Shown one piece after another: positions 16,691 through 29,355 of a stretch of 64,000 nt of DNA. The translations under genes were made by a program, and so were the position numbers. Where the stretch lies: the NCBI GenBank assembly GCA_033762915.1, contig JANRLD010000060.1, positions 1 through 64,000 on the forward strand, read 5' to 3'. Source of the stretch: Meiothermus sp. (GTDB taxonomy: Bacteria > Deinococcota > Deinococci > Deinococcales > Thermaceae). The notes beneath the pieces were generated by a model, which saw only the letters and a list, made by a program, of their open reading frames with translations, made no database searches and was not told the origin of the DNA. The first letter of the stretch is position 1, and every line of letters starts with the position of its first letter.

Positions 16691-18082
16691 ATGCGCCGTT
16701 GGACCCCCTTACTCTTGCTCGCCGCCCTGGCCGGCTGCGGCCAAGGCCCCTCCGCCACCCGTCCCCCCATCCCCCCGGCCGGCAGCACCGGCGCCGCCCT
16801 CGAGGTGCGGGTCTCCGGCCTGCCCGATGGCCTGGCCCCCGCACTACGCATCCGGGGCGGCCGGGTCGATGAGTCCTTCTCTGGCGCCAAGACCTTCACC
16901 GACCTGCCCCCGGGCACCTACACGGTCAGCTCGAGCCCGGTGCAAAACGCCTCGGCCACGCTGCGCTACAGCGCGGTGGACGCGCCCACCGTGACCCTCG
17001 CGGCCGGCGAGCGGCGGGTCGTCGTGTTGGCCCATATGCCGGCCTACCTGCGCTCCACCGCCGACCGCCCCGACGACACCGCCGGCTTTCAGGTGCACGT
17101 CGTCTACACCCTCCCCCGCGACGCCCCCGACCGTCAGCTCGACACCAACGGCCAGATTCACCGCTCCATCTCGGCCATTCAGACCTGGCTCAAGTCCCAG
17201 ACCGGGGGGGCTGGGCTGCGCCTGGACACCGCCGGCGGCAACCTCGACGTCAGCTTCGTGCGCCTGAACCAGACCGATGCCGAGCTCGAGGCCACCGGCC
17301 CGCTGTTACGCAACTACATCGAAAACGAGTTGATGGGCCTGGGCTACACCGACCCCGACAAGATCTACGCCGTATATCACGACGGCAGCAGCCGCTTCTC
17401 TTGTGGTGGCGGGGCCTGGCCGCCGCTGCTGTTTGGCAACGCCGGGGTGATGTTCCTGCGGGGCAAACCCCCCGGCGCCCCCACCTGCGACTCCAACGAG
17501 CTGGGCGCCTCGCCCACCCGGCCGCAGTACCTCGACTTCGGGATGCTGCACGAGACCTTCCACACCCTTGGGGCCACCCCCCAGTGCGCCCCCCACCACA
17601 CCCTCGAGGGCCACGCCTCCGACTCCCCCACCGACCTGATGTACTCCGGGAGCCAGCCCTGGCAGCCCTCCACCCTCGACCTGGGCCGCAACGACTACTA
17701 CGGCCACGGGCGCGGCGACTGCGTCGACCTCGCCAAGAGTGCCTTCCTCGAGCCCTCCGCCCCCGGCGCCACCCCGCCCCCCGGCTGGCCCTGGGCGCTG
17801 GTGCCGGACCTGGGCTGCGACCTGCTGGGCCAGGTGCAGGCGGGGATCGGTGAGCAGCTAAATCTGCGCTTCGTCAACACCCGCAGAGAGCCCGTGGACG
17901 TGTACTTCATCGACGGCCGGGGCAGCCCCCTGCTTGCCGGCGAGGTCCAGCCTTTCGCGGGCCTCGACTTCATCAGCTTTACCATGCACCCCTGGCTGGT
18001 CCGCACCAAGTCCGGGCAGTGCGTGGGGGTCTACCGCCCGGGTACTTTTCTGGCCAAGCAGGGCGTGGTGCTGGTGAAGTAA
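16691..18082 (+). CDS. Lipoprotein with a metzincin-like zinc peptidase domain and a C-terminal VHL-beta-like domain
   Basis: Lipobox LAGC; HETFHTLG...GH...DLMY; C-terminal FVNTRREPVDVYFIDGRG...HPWLVR. Confidence 0.75.
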   Translation: MRRWTPLLLLAALAGCGQGPSATRPPIPPAGSTGAALEVRVSGLPDGLAPALRIRGGRVDESFSGAKTFTDLPPGTYTVSSSPVQNASATLRYSAVDAPTVTLAAGERRVVVLAHMPAYLRSTADRPDDTAGFQVHVVYTLPRDAPDRQLDTNGQIHRSISAIQTWLKSQTGGAGLRLDTAGGNLDVSFVRLNQTDAELEATGPLLRNYIENELMGLGYTDPDKIYAVYHDGSSRFSCGGGAWPPLLFGNAGVMFLRGKPPGAPTCDSNELGASPTRPQYLDFGMLHETFHTLGATPQCAPHHTLEGHASDSPTDLMYSGSQPWQPSTLDLGRNDYYGHGRGDCVDLAKSAFLEPSAPGATPPPGWPWALVPDLGCDLLGQVQAGIGEQLNLRFVNTRREPVDVYFIDGRGSPLLAGEVQPFAGLDFISFTMHPWLVRTKSGQCVGVYRPGTFLAKQGVVLVK

Positions 18083-18211
18083 GGGTCGGCGCTTTCGCCC
18101 CATCTGGCCCCGCCCCGTTGCCCACCAAGCTCCCAACACAACAGACGCTGGCGCGACCCCTGCAAGGCCAAGGCGAGCGAGGCCCGGCTCGAGGGTGGGT
18201 TGCGCGAGCGT

Positions 18212-18616
18212 TTAGCCGACCCCGGTCGAGCCGGCCTCTGAGCTGGCCAGGAAGGCGGTTCTCTGCCGCACCTCTTGCTCGATGGCCTGGCCGACCCCCT
18301 CGAGGTTGTGGAGCACCTCGAGGTTGGTGAACCGCAGGACGTGCAGGCCGAGCCCCTCCAGGTAGGCGGTGCGCTCAAGGTCGTAGGCGCGGCCCTCGGG
18401 GGTGAAGTGGGAGTCGCCGTCGAGTTCGACCACCAGCTTTGCGCTGGCGCAGTAGAAGTCGGCGATGTACGGCCCGATGGGGCGCTGTTTGAGCCAGCGC
18501 TGTGAATGTATGCGCAGGAAGTCGAACCAGAGCTTGCGCTCGGCGGGGGTCAGGTTTTTGCGGAGCTGCTTGGCCTTGGGCACCCCGGATTTGAGGTAGG
18601 GGAGGTGGCGGGGCAT
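18212..18616 (-). CDS. DUF559 endonuclease-domain protein
   Basis: AKQLRKNLTPAERKLW, QRPIGPYIADFYC, VELDGDSH and VLRFTN. Confidence 0.92.
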   Translation of the reverse strand: MPRHLPYLKSGVPKAKQLRKNLTPAERKLWFDFLRIHSQRWLKQRPIGPYIADFYCASAKLVVELDGDSHFTPEGRAYDLERTAYLEGLGLHVLRFTNLEVLHNLEGVGQAIEQEVRQRTAFLASSEAGSTGVG

Positions 18617-18659
18617 CAGGATTGAATTCTAAGGGAATCCGCCTGACTCGAGGGGCCAG

Positions 18660-18876
18660 GGGCAATCCCCCACATCTGAACGGAGCTAAGGGCAATCCCC
18701 CACCGCTTCGCGGAGCCCCCTTGCTAAGGGGGCCAAAGCAAGGCCACGCGCATCAGTGCCTCGAGCGCCTATCCAGGTGTGGTTTGCCCATCACCGAAAA
18801 CACCAATTCAGGACAAGATGACCGTGAGCCCACCCAGGTGTGGTTTGCCCCCCTTAACAAGGGGGGTAGGGGGGAT
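18660..18876. repeat. Cluster of palindromic and direct repeats upstream of DUF559
   Basis: CCCCCTT-GCT-AAGGGGG (18716-18732) and CCCCCCTT-AAC-AAGGGGGG (18848-18866). GGGCAATCCCCCAC at 18660 and 18690. CCAGGTGTGGTTTGCCC at 18773 and 18834. Confidence 0.8.
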
Positions 18877-18937
18877 AGCCTTTGCCTGAAGCCTCGAGGG
18901 TCTGCCCCACCCAACCAAACGCGGCCGGCTCGAAGAC

Positions 18938-20365
18938 TTAAGTCACATCAACGAGCATCATTTGCTGTATTCGCTGATTACAATGCTTGATTAGTTCGCT
19001 AGCTTCTTTTCTATATTTTGAAGTTTCCGCAGATTCAATAGTTTGATCCAAAAATCGCTGGAAGTCGGCCTTCGCTGCATGATAATCATTTTTCCCGAAA
19101 AAGTTGATCAAGCCCAAGCAAAACCATAGGTTCGTCTTTTGGGGTTCCTCCTGAATAACTTGAGCAATAAATTCTTCTGCTTGAGTAAAAACAGTGCTGT
19201 CTTCATACTTAGTTTTAGCAGCGAAAGCGCGTGAATACTCTTTTCGCGCCTTTTGTAAGTTTCCTGCGTAAGCATCCAGAAAGGCTGCGCTTAACAACCA
19301 AGTCCCATCCTTCACTTTCAGACTCCGAATCTTGCTTATGTGTCTTCGGGCTTCGGCAATATCTTTCCTCAGTTTGAATGCACATATCGCCTTGGTTAAA
19401 TGTGCGTTGAAGTGATTTGGAGCAAAAATACTTACATGATCGCTGATGCGTTCTAGCTCAGGCAACAGACCATCTTCACGAGTAATCGTGTACTGCCTGA
19501 CCAACTCGTTGTGCCAAGAAGTGTAAAGGTTTGCGAACCTAATTGGCAGCTTGTTATCTATGTAGCTGGTTATTTCGCCACGCGAATTAAGAGCGTTTCG
19601 TTTTTGTTGTACTAGTTGTAATAACGTTTCGGAATAAACCAAGTTGCCATTAACCATTGATGCTAAAGCAATAATGTAGCTCGCCCCAAGCGCAAGCATT
19701 TCAGACGTGGCCTCAAAAACAATAACCTCATTCTCGAGATCGGGAAGAATTTTCTCTGGGACGACAATCCTAAAATCTTTACCGATTTCTGCGTTCACAT
19801 CTTCCGAGGCTTTTCTGTATCTAACTATGGCTCCAATGCTGAAATAATGACGTGAATCGCCTCTTCTTACTTGCCTCAATCCGACGTAACCCCACAGAAC
19901 AAATGCTGAATTTGTCTTATTAGCTAGCATATCCGCCGCCTTACTATCTTTGATTGTCTCCGCAATGTGATTTTCAACAATCATTACATGGAACTGCGTT
20001 TGGCTGTTATTGCGTTGAAGTAATTCCTTGAGCCTATCCACAAAATCTGAGCGAATTTGTTTTTCTTTCTCTGGGTTTTGGACTGAGATGGCAATAACCA
20101 AACCCAGTTTACCTTTCGGGGCTCGAGGATAACGGTTTGAGAAAATCCAAAGAATGATGACAGCCAACACTGGGATAACAACAATAATCCAACCAAGTAT
20201 TGTCACCCATAAAGGTTCGTCTCTGACAGGAATGATGAGACCCGTACTTGCAGTCACTAGCAGAAGGAGAAGACCTAGAATTAACGGAGCAAGAACACCT
20301 GTTGCTGGTTTATGCCAGAACTTAACGATTAAGTCGATTGCTTTTTCGGTAACAGTTTGATCCAT
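18938..20365 (-). CDS. AT-rich hypothetical protein with two N-terminal TM helices and a TPR-like C-terminus
   Basis: 475-aa ORF, much more AT-rich than its neighbours, with helical TPR-like repeats. Confidence 0.75.
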   Translation of the reverse strand: MDQTVTEKAIDLIVKFWHKPATGVLAPLILGLLLLLVTASTGLIIPVRDEPLWVTILGWIIVVIPVLAVIILWIFSNRYPRAPKGKLGLVIAISVQNPEKEKQIRSDFVDRLKELLQRNNSQTQFHVMIVENHIAETIKDSKAADMLANKTNSAFVLWGYVGLRQVRRGDSRHYFSIGAIVRYRKASEDVNAEIGKDFRIVVPEKILPDLENEVIVFEATSEMLALGASYIIALASMVNGNLVYSETLLQLVQQKRNALNSRGEITSYIDNKLPIRFANLYTSWHNELVRQYTITREDGLLPELERISDHVSIFAPNHFNAHLTKAICAFKLRKDIAEARRHISKIRSLKVKDGTWLLSAAFLDAYAGNLQKARKEYSRAFAAKTKYEDSTVFTQAEEFIAQVIQEEPQKTNLWFCLGLINFFGKNDYHAAKADFQRFLDQTIESAETSKYRKEASELIKHCNQRIQQMMLVDVT

Positions 20366-20377
20366 GCAGGTCTCTTA

Positions 20378-20413
20378 ACAAAACAAGTAGGGTGTCAAAA
20401 GATAACACCCTAC
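20378..20413 (-). terminator. Intrinsic terminator after nrdJ
   Basis: Stem GTAGGGTGT/ACACCCTAC followed on the minus strand by TTGTTTTGTT. Confidence 0.75.
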
Positions 20414-20428
20414 CTACAGTAAAAACGG

Positions 20429-23401
<2,973 letters not shown>

Positions 23402-23456
23402 CTCTTCCTCCAAAAAATCTAGGTTGACCGCGAAAGACCCCCAAGCCGCAATAGCG

Positions 23457-23514
23457 GCTCTACATATTGGGGTTAGTCGGCTGAGATACTACTACTAATA
23501 GTGGTTCTTGGCAA
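23457..23514 (-). promoter_or_regulatory. nrdJ promoter with tandem NrdR boxes
   Basis: TTGCCA-17-TAGTAT on the minus strand. Boxes CCCCAATATGTAGAGC (23457-23472) and CCACTATTAGTAGTAG (23489-23504) are 32 bp apart. Confidence 0.75.
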
Positions 23515-23773
23515 GTGCGGGCCGTCACAGGGTTTTGGGGGAGCGGGCGTATAATACCGCCTCTGTCAGGAGAAAATCAAGTCTTAATCTACTAAGTCTT
23601 GTGTTGTGTAACGCACTCATACCACTAGGGCTAGTAGAAACACTGTAGCCCGAGTCGCTGAGTCCTGGCTGTGGGGGTACGCGGAGGCAACCATAACACA
23701 CGACCCTTGTAACATTTGTGAATACGTCACAAGGGCTCCCCCAATCTCGGAGCCATGCCCGCCCGGTTTTGCC

Positions 23774-25225
23774 CTACCGAACCTGCCAGACCCCGATTCC
23801 GAAGCCCTCGAGTTCGCCGTCCTCAAGGTGATTGCTCAGCACCCGGCCCTGATTGCCCGAGACCAGGTCGACCGCGACCTCGCCCTTCGACAACAGACCG
23901 TGATGGGGGATGCTGACCCGCCAGGGGTTGGGGGTGGCGTTTACGGTAACGATCAGGGTTTGGTCGCCGCCCACGCGGGCGTAGGCCAGGTGGTTGTCCT
24001 GGGCGTAGAGGCGCTGGTACCGGCCGTGGCGCAGCACCGGGTGCTCGGCCCGCAGGGCACCGAGCTTCTGCACCGCACCCAGAATCTCCTGGTTCCACTG
24101 CCCCTCGTCCCAGGGCATGCCCCGGCGGTTATCGGGGTCGTGGCCGCCGGCCAGCCCCACCTCGTCGCCGTAGTAGACAGTGGGGACGCCGGGCAGGGTG
24201 AAGAGTACCGCCAGGGCCAGCGCGGCCCGCCGGGCATCACCGCGCATCAGGCTGATCAGGCGAGGGGTGTCGTGGGAGGACATGATATTCATCTGGGCGG
24301 TCACGATATCCCAGTTGTAGCGCTCGAAGAGGCCCTCGAGGCGGTGGCTGGCGGCCAGCGCCCCCAGGCTCTCGAGGCGGCCCAGCCCGCTCTTGGCGGC
24401 CAGATCGCGGTCGAGCACCTCCCCGCCCACCAGGCCCAGGATCGCCCGGCCCAGCGGGTAGTTCATCACCGCGTCGAACTGGTCGCCCTGCAGCCAGCGG
24501 TGGGCATCGTCCCAGATTTCGCCCACGATGTAGGCCTCGGGGTTGCGGGCCTTGACCCGCCGTCGGAACTCGCGCCAGAAGGCGTCGTCGTCGATTTCGT
24601 TGGGCACGTCCAGGCGCCAGCCGTCGATGCCGTACTCGAACCAGTACTCAGCCACGCTGAGCAGGTACTCGCGGCATTCGGGGTTGGCGGTGTTGAACTT
24701 GGGCAGCTCGGCGTTGCCCCACCAGGCCGAGTAGTTGGGCTTGTCGCCATAGGCGTAGAGGGGAAACTTGTGGATGTGGAACCAGTCGCGGTAGGGCGAG
24801 GCCGCGCCGTTCTCGAGGACGTGCTGGAAAGCGAAATGGGCCCGCCCGCAGTGGTTGAATACCCCGTCCAGCACCACCCGAATGCCCCGGTCGTGGGCCT
24901 CGTCGACCAGCCGCTTGAGCGCCTCGTTACCGCCCAGCATTGGGTCGACCAGAAAATAGTCGGAGGTGTGGTAGCGGTGGTTGGCGGTCGAGCTGAAGAC
25001 CGGGCAGAAGTAGATCGCGTTGAAGCCCTGGGCCTTGATGTAGTCCAGCTTCTCGATCACCCCCCAGAGGTTGCCCCCTTTAAAGCCCCGCAGCGTCGGC
25101 GAGGCCTCCCAGCCCTCGAACCCGCCCCGGGCCGGCGCGGGGTTGACGACCGGGCCGCGGCCCCGCGCGAAACGGTCTGGGAAGATCTGATAAAAAACCG
25201 CGTCCTTAACCCACGCTGGTGTCAT
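23774..25225 (-). CDS. GH13 neopullulanase/cyclomaltodextrinase-type glycosidase
   Basis: AVFYQIFPDRF, DGVFNH, GWRLDVPNE, GEIW and SSHD. Confidence 0.93.
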   Translation of the reverse strand: MTPAWVKDAVFYQIFPDRFARGRGPVVNPAPARGGFEGWEASPTLRGFKGGNLWGVIEKLDYIKAQGFNAIYFCPVFSSTANHRYHTSDYFLVDPMLGGNEALKRLVDEAHDRGIRVVLDGVFNHCGRAHFAFQHVLENGAASPYRDWFHIHKFPLYAYGDKPNYSAWWGNAELPKFNTANPECREYLLSVAEYWFEYGIDGWRLDVPNEIDDDAFWREFRRRVKARNPEAYIVGEIWDDAHRWLQGDQFDAVMNYPLGRAILGLVGGEVLDRDLAAKSGLGRLESLGALAASHRLEGLFERYNWDIVTAQMNIMSSHDTPRLISLMRGDARRAALALAVLFTLPGVPTVYYGDEVGLAGGHDPDNRRGMPWDEGQWNQEILGAVQKLGALRAEHPVLRHGRYQRLYAQDNHLAYARVGGDQTLIVTVNATPNPWRVSIPHHGLLSKGEVAVDLVSGNQGRVLSNHLEDGELEGFGIGVWQVR

Positions 25226-25240
25226 CGCAACGGCTCCTTC

Positions 25241-25254
25241 TGTAAACGGTTACG
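25241..25254. promoter_or_regulatory. LacI-type operator upstream of the GH13 gene
   Basis: TGTAAACGGTTACG, a near-palindrome with a central CG. Confidence 0.6.
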
Positions 25255-25424
25255 GTTTAACAGGGATTAGTGTAAGCGCAACGCCCAAAAACACAAGTGC
25301 AGGTTTATCCAACTCGGCGGGGTTTTGTTACATGAAGGCGTGGCCTGGCACAGCGCACGCGGCCCTGCCCAGCGCAGCCGGGCTCAACTTGTCCGCAACC
25401 TGTTTTCTGGTAGAGTTCACGGGT

Positions 25425-26096
25425 ATGGCTCGAGGGAACCTTTTCGTTATGACCGGCGCCTCGGGGGTGGGGAAGGGCACCATCCGTGGGCGACTGCTGG
25501 AGTACCACCGGATGTACTACTCCATCTCCATGACCACCCGCGCCCCCCGCGTGGGCGAGCGCAACGGCTTCGACTACTTCTTCGTCTCCAAGCCCGATTT
25601 CGAGGCCAAAATCGCCACCGACGGCTTCCTTGAGTACGCGCAGTATGTCGACGACTACTACGGCACCCCCCGCGACGCGGTGGAGGCTGCGCTGGAGCGG
25701 GGCCAGGATGTGATCCTCGAGATCGAGGTGCTGGGGGCCCTGCAGGTTGCCCAGAAGATGCCCGAGGCCATCCTGGTCTTCATCATCCCGCCCTCCATGA
25801 GCGAGCTGCGCCGGCGCCTGCTGGTGCGCGGTACCGACAGCCTCGAGAAGATTCACAAGCGCCTGCGGCGGGCCGAGGAAGAAATCCGCCAGGCCGAAAA
25901 GTTCAAGTACATCCTGGTCAACGACCAACTCGACATCGCGGTGGCCGACTTCGCCGCCATCATCAAGGCCGAGTCGCTCAAGCGCGAGCGGATGGTCGAG
26001 GCGGTGGGGCGGGCGCTCTCGAGGGTCGAGGCCATCGAGTTCGAGGCCAACGTGGTAGAGGCTCAGCGGCGGCAAGGCGGAGAGAGCGGGGACTAA
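25425..26096 (+). CDS. gmk: Guanylate kinase
   Basis: GASGVGKGT, SMTTRAPRVGE, DYFFVS and YYGTP. Confidence 0.96.
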   Translation: MARGNLFVMTGASGVGKGTIRGRLLEYHRMYYSISMTTRAPRVGERNGFDYFFVSKPDFEAKIATDGFLEYAQYVDDYYGTPRDAVEAALERGQDVILEIEVLGALQVAQKMPEAILVFIIPPSMSELRRRLLVRGTDSLEKIHKRLRRAEEEIRQAEKFKYILVNDQLDIAVADFAAIIKAESLKRERMVEAVGRALSRVEAIEFEANVVEAQRRQGGESGD

Positions 26097-26313
26097 AGGC
26101 GCGTGGGGTGAGGCTCAGGCCCACTGCGGGGGCGCTCGAGCAAACCCGGGCGCTGCCTTTAGGGTCAAATCCCGTGATCCAGCACGACCCCAAGTAGGGT
26201 CTCGAGCTGGGGCCGGCCTGGCGGGTGGTGATGCAGAGGGGCGAGGACAAGATGGCTGGGGGGTACTAATCCGGGTTCTGCGCATGGCCGGTGGACGCGG
26301 GGCTTGCTCGTAG

Positions 26314-26793
26314 GCGTCTGGCCGGTTTGCCCTGCTGCGGCCCGGCCCCAGGCTGGGCCTGGGCACCGAGGTCGGGATGTTCCGCGTCCTCTTCGACCTT
26401 AAGGCCTGGCGCGACCAGATGGCCTTCTACCTGCTGCTGCGCCGCGACCACCCCGAGTACATCTACTCCAACTACGGCCCGCTGCAACACCTGAGCTACA
26501 TCGTGCTCTACCTCAGCCTGGTGGCCGTGACCGTCACCGGCCTGATCCTCACCGCGCCCTACCAAGGGCTGGGCCTGGCGGGCTGGACCGGCCAGGTGCT
26601 CAAGCCCATCGAGGTCGCGCTCGGCGGCCTGTCCTACGTCCGCATCTACCACCACTGGCTGATGTGGCTGATGATCGTATTCACGCCGGTTCACGTCTAC
26701 ATGGTGGCCTGGTACTCCATCCGCAGCCGCTCGATGATCCTGGAAACCATGGTTTCGGGCTACAAGGCCGAGGAGGTGCAGCCGCACAAGTGA
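26314..26793 (+). pseudogene. 5'-truncated Ni/Fe-hydrogenase b-type cytochrome subunit
   Basis: Only the C-terminal half is present (YGPLQHLSY...RIYHHWLMWLMIVFTPVHVYM...MVSGYK). In-frame TAG at 26311. Confidence 0.8.
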
Positions 26794-26970
26794 GGCGCTC
26801 CCAATCGCCCGGAGAGAATGGTCCACGGGCCAAGGCTCTCTTCATCGGCCTTCGGTGGTGTCGCAAATCCAACGGGCGCAGCTCCGGCCAGCCCCGACTC
26901 TTTCGAACCGGCCCGTTAAGGACACCTGTCATCGGGGCAGGGAAGACAATGGTAAGCGAAGAGGAAGATT

Positions 26971-27474
26971 ATGGCGGGCGAGATTCTGCTGATGGGCGTG
27001 GGGAACATCTTCTACGGAGACGAGGGCGTGGGGGTGCGGCTGGTGCAGCGCTTGGCGGCCCTGCACCGCTTCCCGGAGTGCCTCGAGATCGTCGACGGCA
27101 GGACGCTGGCCTGGAATCTGCTGCGGCTGATGTCCGGGCGCAAGCGCGTGATCCTGGTGGACGCCGTCGCTGCCGAGCCGGGGGCCATCTACCGCTTTGG
27201 GCTGCACGACATCCCCAGCGCGGTGCAGTACGGCAAGTTCTCCTCGCACGAGTGGGAGATGCCCGAGCTGATGGGTGCGATGGAGCTTCACGGCGACCTC
27301 CCCCCAACCACCTTCATCGCGGTGGGGGTCAGCTCGCTGGCCGAGGTCAGCTCGAGCCTCCGGACCGAGCTCAGCCCGGCCATCGAGGCGCGGATGGGGG
27401 CGCTGGAGGGCGTGGTGCTGGCCGAGCTCGCAGCCGCCGGCGTGCGGCCCCTGGCAGAGGCGGCCTATGCATGA
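26971..27474 (+). CDS. Hydrogenase maturation protease (HyaD/HupD family)
   Basis: GVGNIFYGDEGVG, VDGRT, ILVDAV and SSHE. Confidence 0.92.
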   Translation: MAGEILLMGVGNIFYGDEGVGVRLVQRLAALHRFPECLEIVDGRTLAWNLLRLMSGRKRVILVDAVAAEPGAIYRFGLHDIPSAVQYGKFSSHEWEMPELMGAMELHGDLPPTTFIAVGVSSLAEVSSSLRTELSPAIEARMGALEGVVLAELAAAGVRPLAEAAYA

Positions 27475-27814
27475 GCTGGGCATCATGCAGCGGGTCCTCG
27501 AGATCGCCGAGGAGTACGCGGGGCGGGAGGGGGCCACGGCCATCCGCGAGATCGGGCTGAAGGTGGGGGTGCTGGGCGGGGTCGAGCGGGAGGCGCTGGA
27601 GTTCGCCTTCGAGGCCGCCAAAGCGGGCACCCTGGCCCACCAGGCCCGCCTCAACATCCAGTGGATGCCCCTGGTGGCCTTCTGCGAGGAGTGCGAGGTC
27701 GAGTTCGAGGTGGACAGCCCCTTCGGCATCGCCCTCTGCCCGATCTGCCAGGAGCCCATCGGGACCCTCGAGCAGGGGCAGGAGTTGGAGGTGGAGTACT
27801 TGGAGGTCGTTTAG
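27467..27814 (+). CDS. hypA: Hydrogenase nickel chaperone
   Basis: MHELGI, CEEC...CPIC and GQELEV. Confidence 0.95.
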   Translation: MHELGIMQRVLEIAEEYAGREGATAIREIGLKVGVLGGVEREALEFAFEAAKAGTLAHQARLNIQWMPLVAFCEECEVEFEVDSPFGIALCPICQEPIGTLEQGQELEVEYLEVV

Positions 27815-27864
27815 GGAGTGGCTAACCCAGAGCTGACCGCCAATCGCACAACAGGGAGGCAATC

Positions 27865-28614
27865 ATGGAAGTTAGGGAAGTCCCAATCGAGCTGTCCGTG
27901 CTGGCCGAGACCAGCCAGGAGCGGGGGCGGCGCGTCACCGTCGAGAAGGGGGTGATGGCGCTCAACGACCAGTACGCCCTGGCCAACCGCAGGCGGCTGG
28001 GGGCGGCCAGGGTGTACTGCTTGAACCTGCTCTCCTCGCCGGGGTCGGGCAAGACCACCTTGCTCTCCAGAACCCTGCTCGACCTGCGCGAAGAACTCGA
28101 GATGGCGGTGATTGTGGGCGACCTCGCCACCGACAATGACGCCCGGCGGCTGCAGGTGGGGGGCGCTACGGCGGTGCAGATCCAGACCGGCACGCTGTGC
28201 CACCTCGAGGCCGCGATGGTGGCGCGGGCCCTGGACGCGCTGGAGCTCGAGCGGCTGGACCTGGTGTTTGTGGAAAACGTGGGCAACCTGGTCTGCCCCG
28301 CTGCCTACGACCTGGGCGAGGACGCCCGAGTGGTGCTGTTCTCGACCACCGAGGGTGAGGACAAGCCGCTCAAGTACCCCCGCATGTTCAAGAGCGCCGA
28401 GCTGATCGTGCTCACCAAGGCCGACGCTGCCGAGGTGCTGGGCTTCGATCGCGAGGCGGCGATGCGTAACCTGAGGCTGGTCAACCCGCAGGCCAGGATC
28501 CTCGAGGTCTCGGCGAAGACCGGGCAGGGGATGGAGGCCTGGTACGCCTACCTGGTGCAGAAGGTGGCCGACCGCAACGCCAGCGGCCGCAAGCGCGGGT
28601 TGGGGGTCAGGTAG
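27865..28614 (+). CDS. hypB: Hydrogenase nickel-incorporation GTPase
   Basis: SSPGSGKT, CHLEA, ENVGNLVCPA and EGEDKPLKYP. Confidence 0.96.
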   Translation: MEVREVPIELSVLAETSQERGRRVTVEKGVMALNDQYALANRRRLGAARVYCLNLLSSPGSGKTTLLSRTLLDLREELEMAVIVGDLATDNDARRLQVGGATAVQIQTGTLCHLEAAMVARALDALELERLDLVFVENVGNLVCPAAYDLGEDARVVLFSTTEGEDKPLKYPRMFKSAELIVLTKADAAEVLGFDREAAMRNLRLVNPQARILEVSAKTGQGMEAWYAYLVQKVADRNASGRKRGLGVR

Positions 28615-28842
28615 ATGTGCCTGGGCATTCCCTATGAGGTAGTCGAGGTGATCGACGCCGACAGCGCCCTGCTGCGCCTGGGCGAGACCACCCGCCACTG
28701 CTTTACTGGCCTGCTGGACGGTGTGCGGGAGGGCGAGTCGGTACTGCTACACGCCGGCCAGGCTATCGACAAGATCGACGCCGCCGAGGCCAGGGAGAAC
28801 CTCCGCCTGATCGCGCTGTACCTCGACGGAGACGACCGATGA
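28615..28842 (+). CDS. hypC: Hydrogenase assembly chaperone
   Basis: Starts MCLGIP; contains VLLHAG. Confidence 0.92.
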   Translation: MCLGIPYEVVEVIDADSALLRLGETTRHCFTGLLDGVREGESVLLHAGQAIDKIDAAEARENLRLIALYLDGDDR

Positions 28843-29355
28843 ATGCCCTCTTCGCGTTTGTCGAGCGCTGCGAGGCCGAGACCGCCCAGGCCAAGGCGCT
28901 GGTGCTGCCCCTGCTCGAGACCATCGACCCCGAATTCCCTTGGACGGCCCCCAACCTGCGGGCGCTCCACTCGGTGCGCCACGACTACGACCCCGTGATC
29001 GCCCGGGCCCTCGAGCACCTGTTTAGGTTTGCCCTGCTGCTGCTTGAAGAAGAGGGGCGCATTTGCGGGGCCGATTTCGAGCAGTTCGAGCACGCCATGA
29101 GCGCCTTCGAGGAGCGCTTCTGGTCGGCCCAGTTTGCCCAGAGCTGCCCGCCCGCCCCGCGACTATCTGTGCGGCCTGCACGCCCTCGACGAACTCGAGG
29201 CCCGCCGCCTGGCCTGCCAGGGGGTGTTCGACGTGGATACCCTCGCGGCCGCCCTGGGCACCTCTTCCGACTGCCCCACCTGCAAACGCGCCCTCCAGCG
29301 GGTGGTGCTCGAAGAGCTGAGGGCCGTGAAGGCCTCGGCGCGGGCGACCGCCTGA
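28839..29355 (+). pseudogene. Frameshifted gene with a C-terminal BFD-like [2Fe-2S] domain
   Basis: The N-terminal frame becomes low-complexity after about 29140. The +1 frame reads DYLCGLHALDE...LGTSSDCPTCKRAL to a stop at 29355. Confidence 0.6.

Noticed and set aside
18660..18876. CRISPR array
   Set aside because: There are only two copies of each repeat, spacing is irregular and no cas genes are present. No CRISPR array was seen anywhere in the window.
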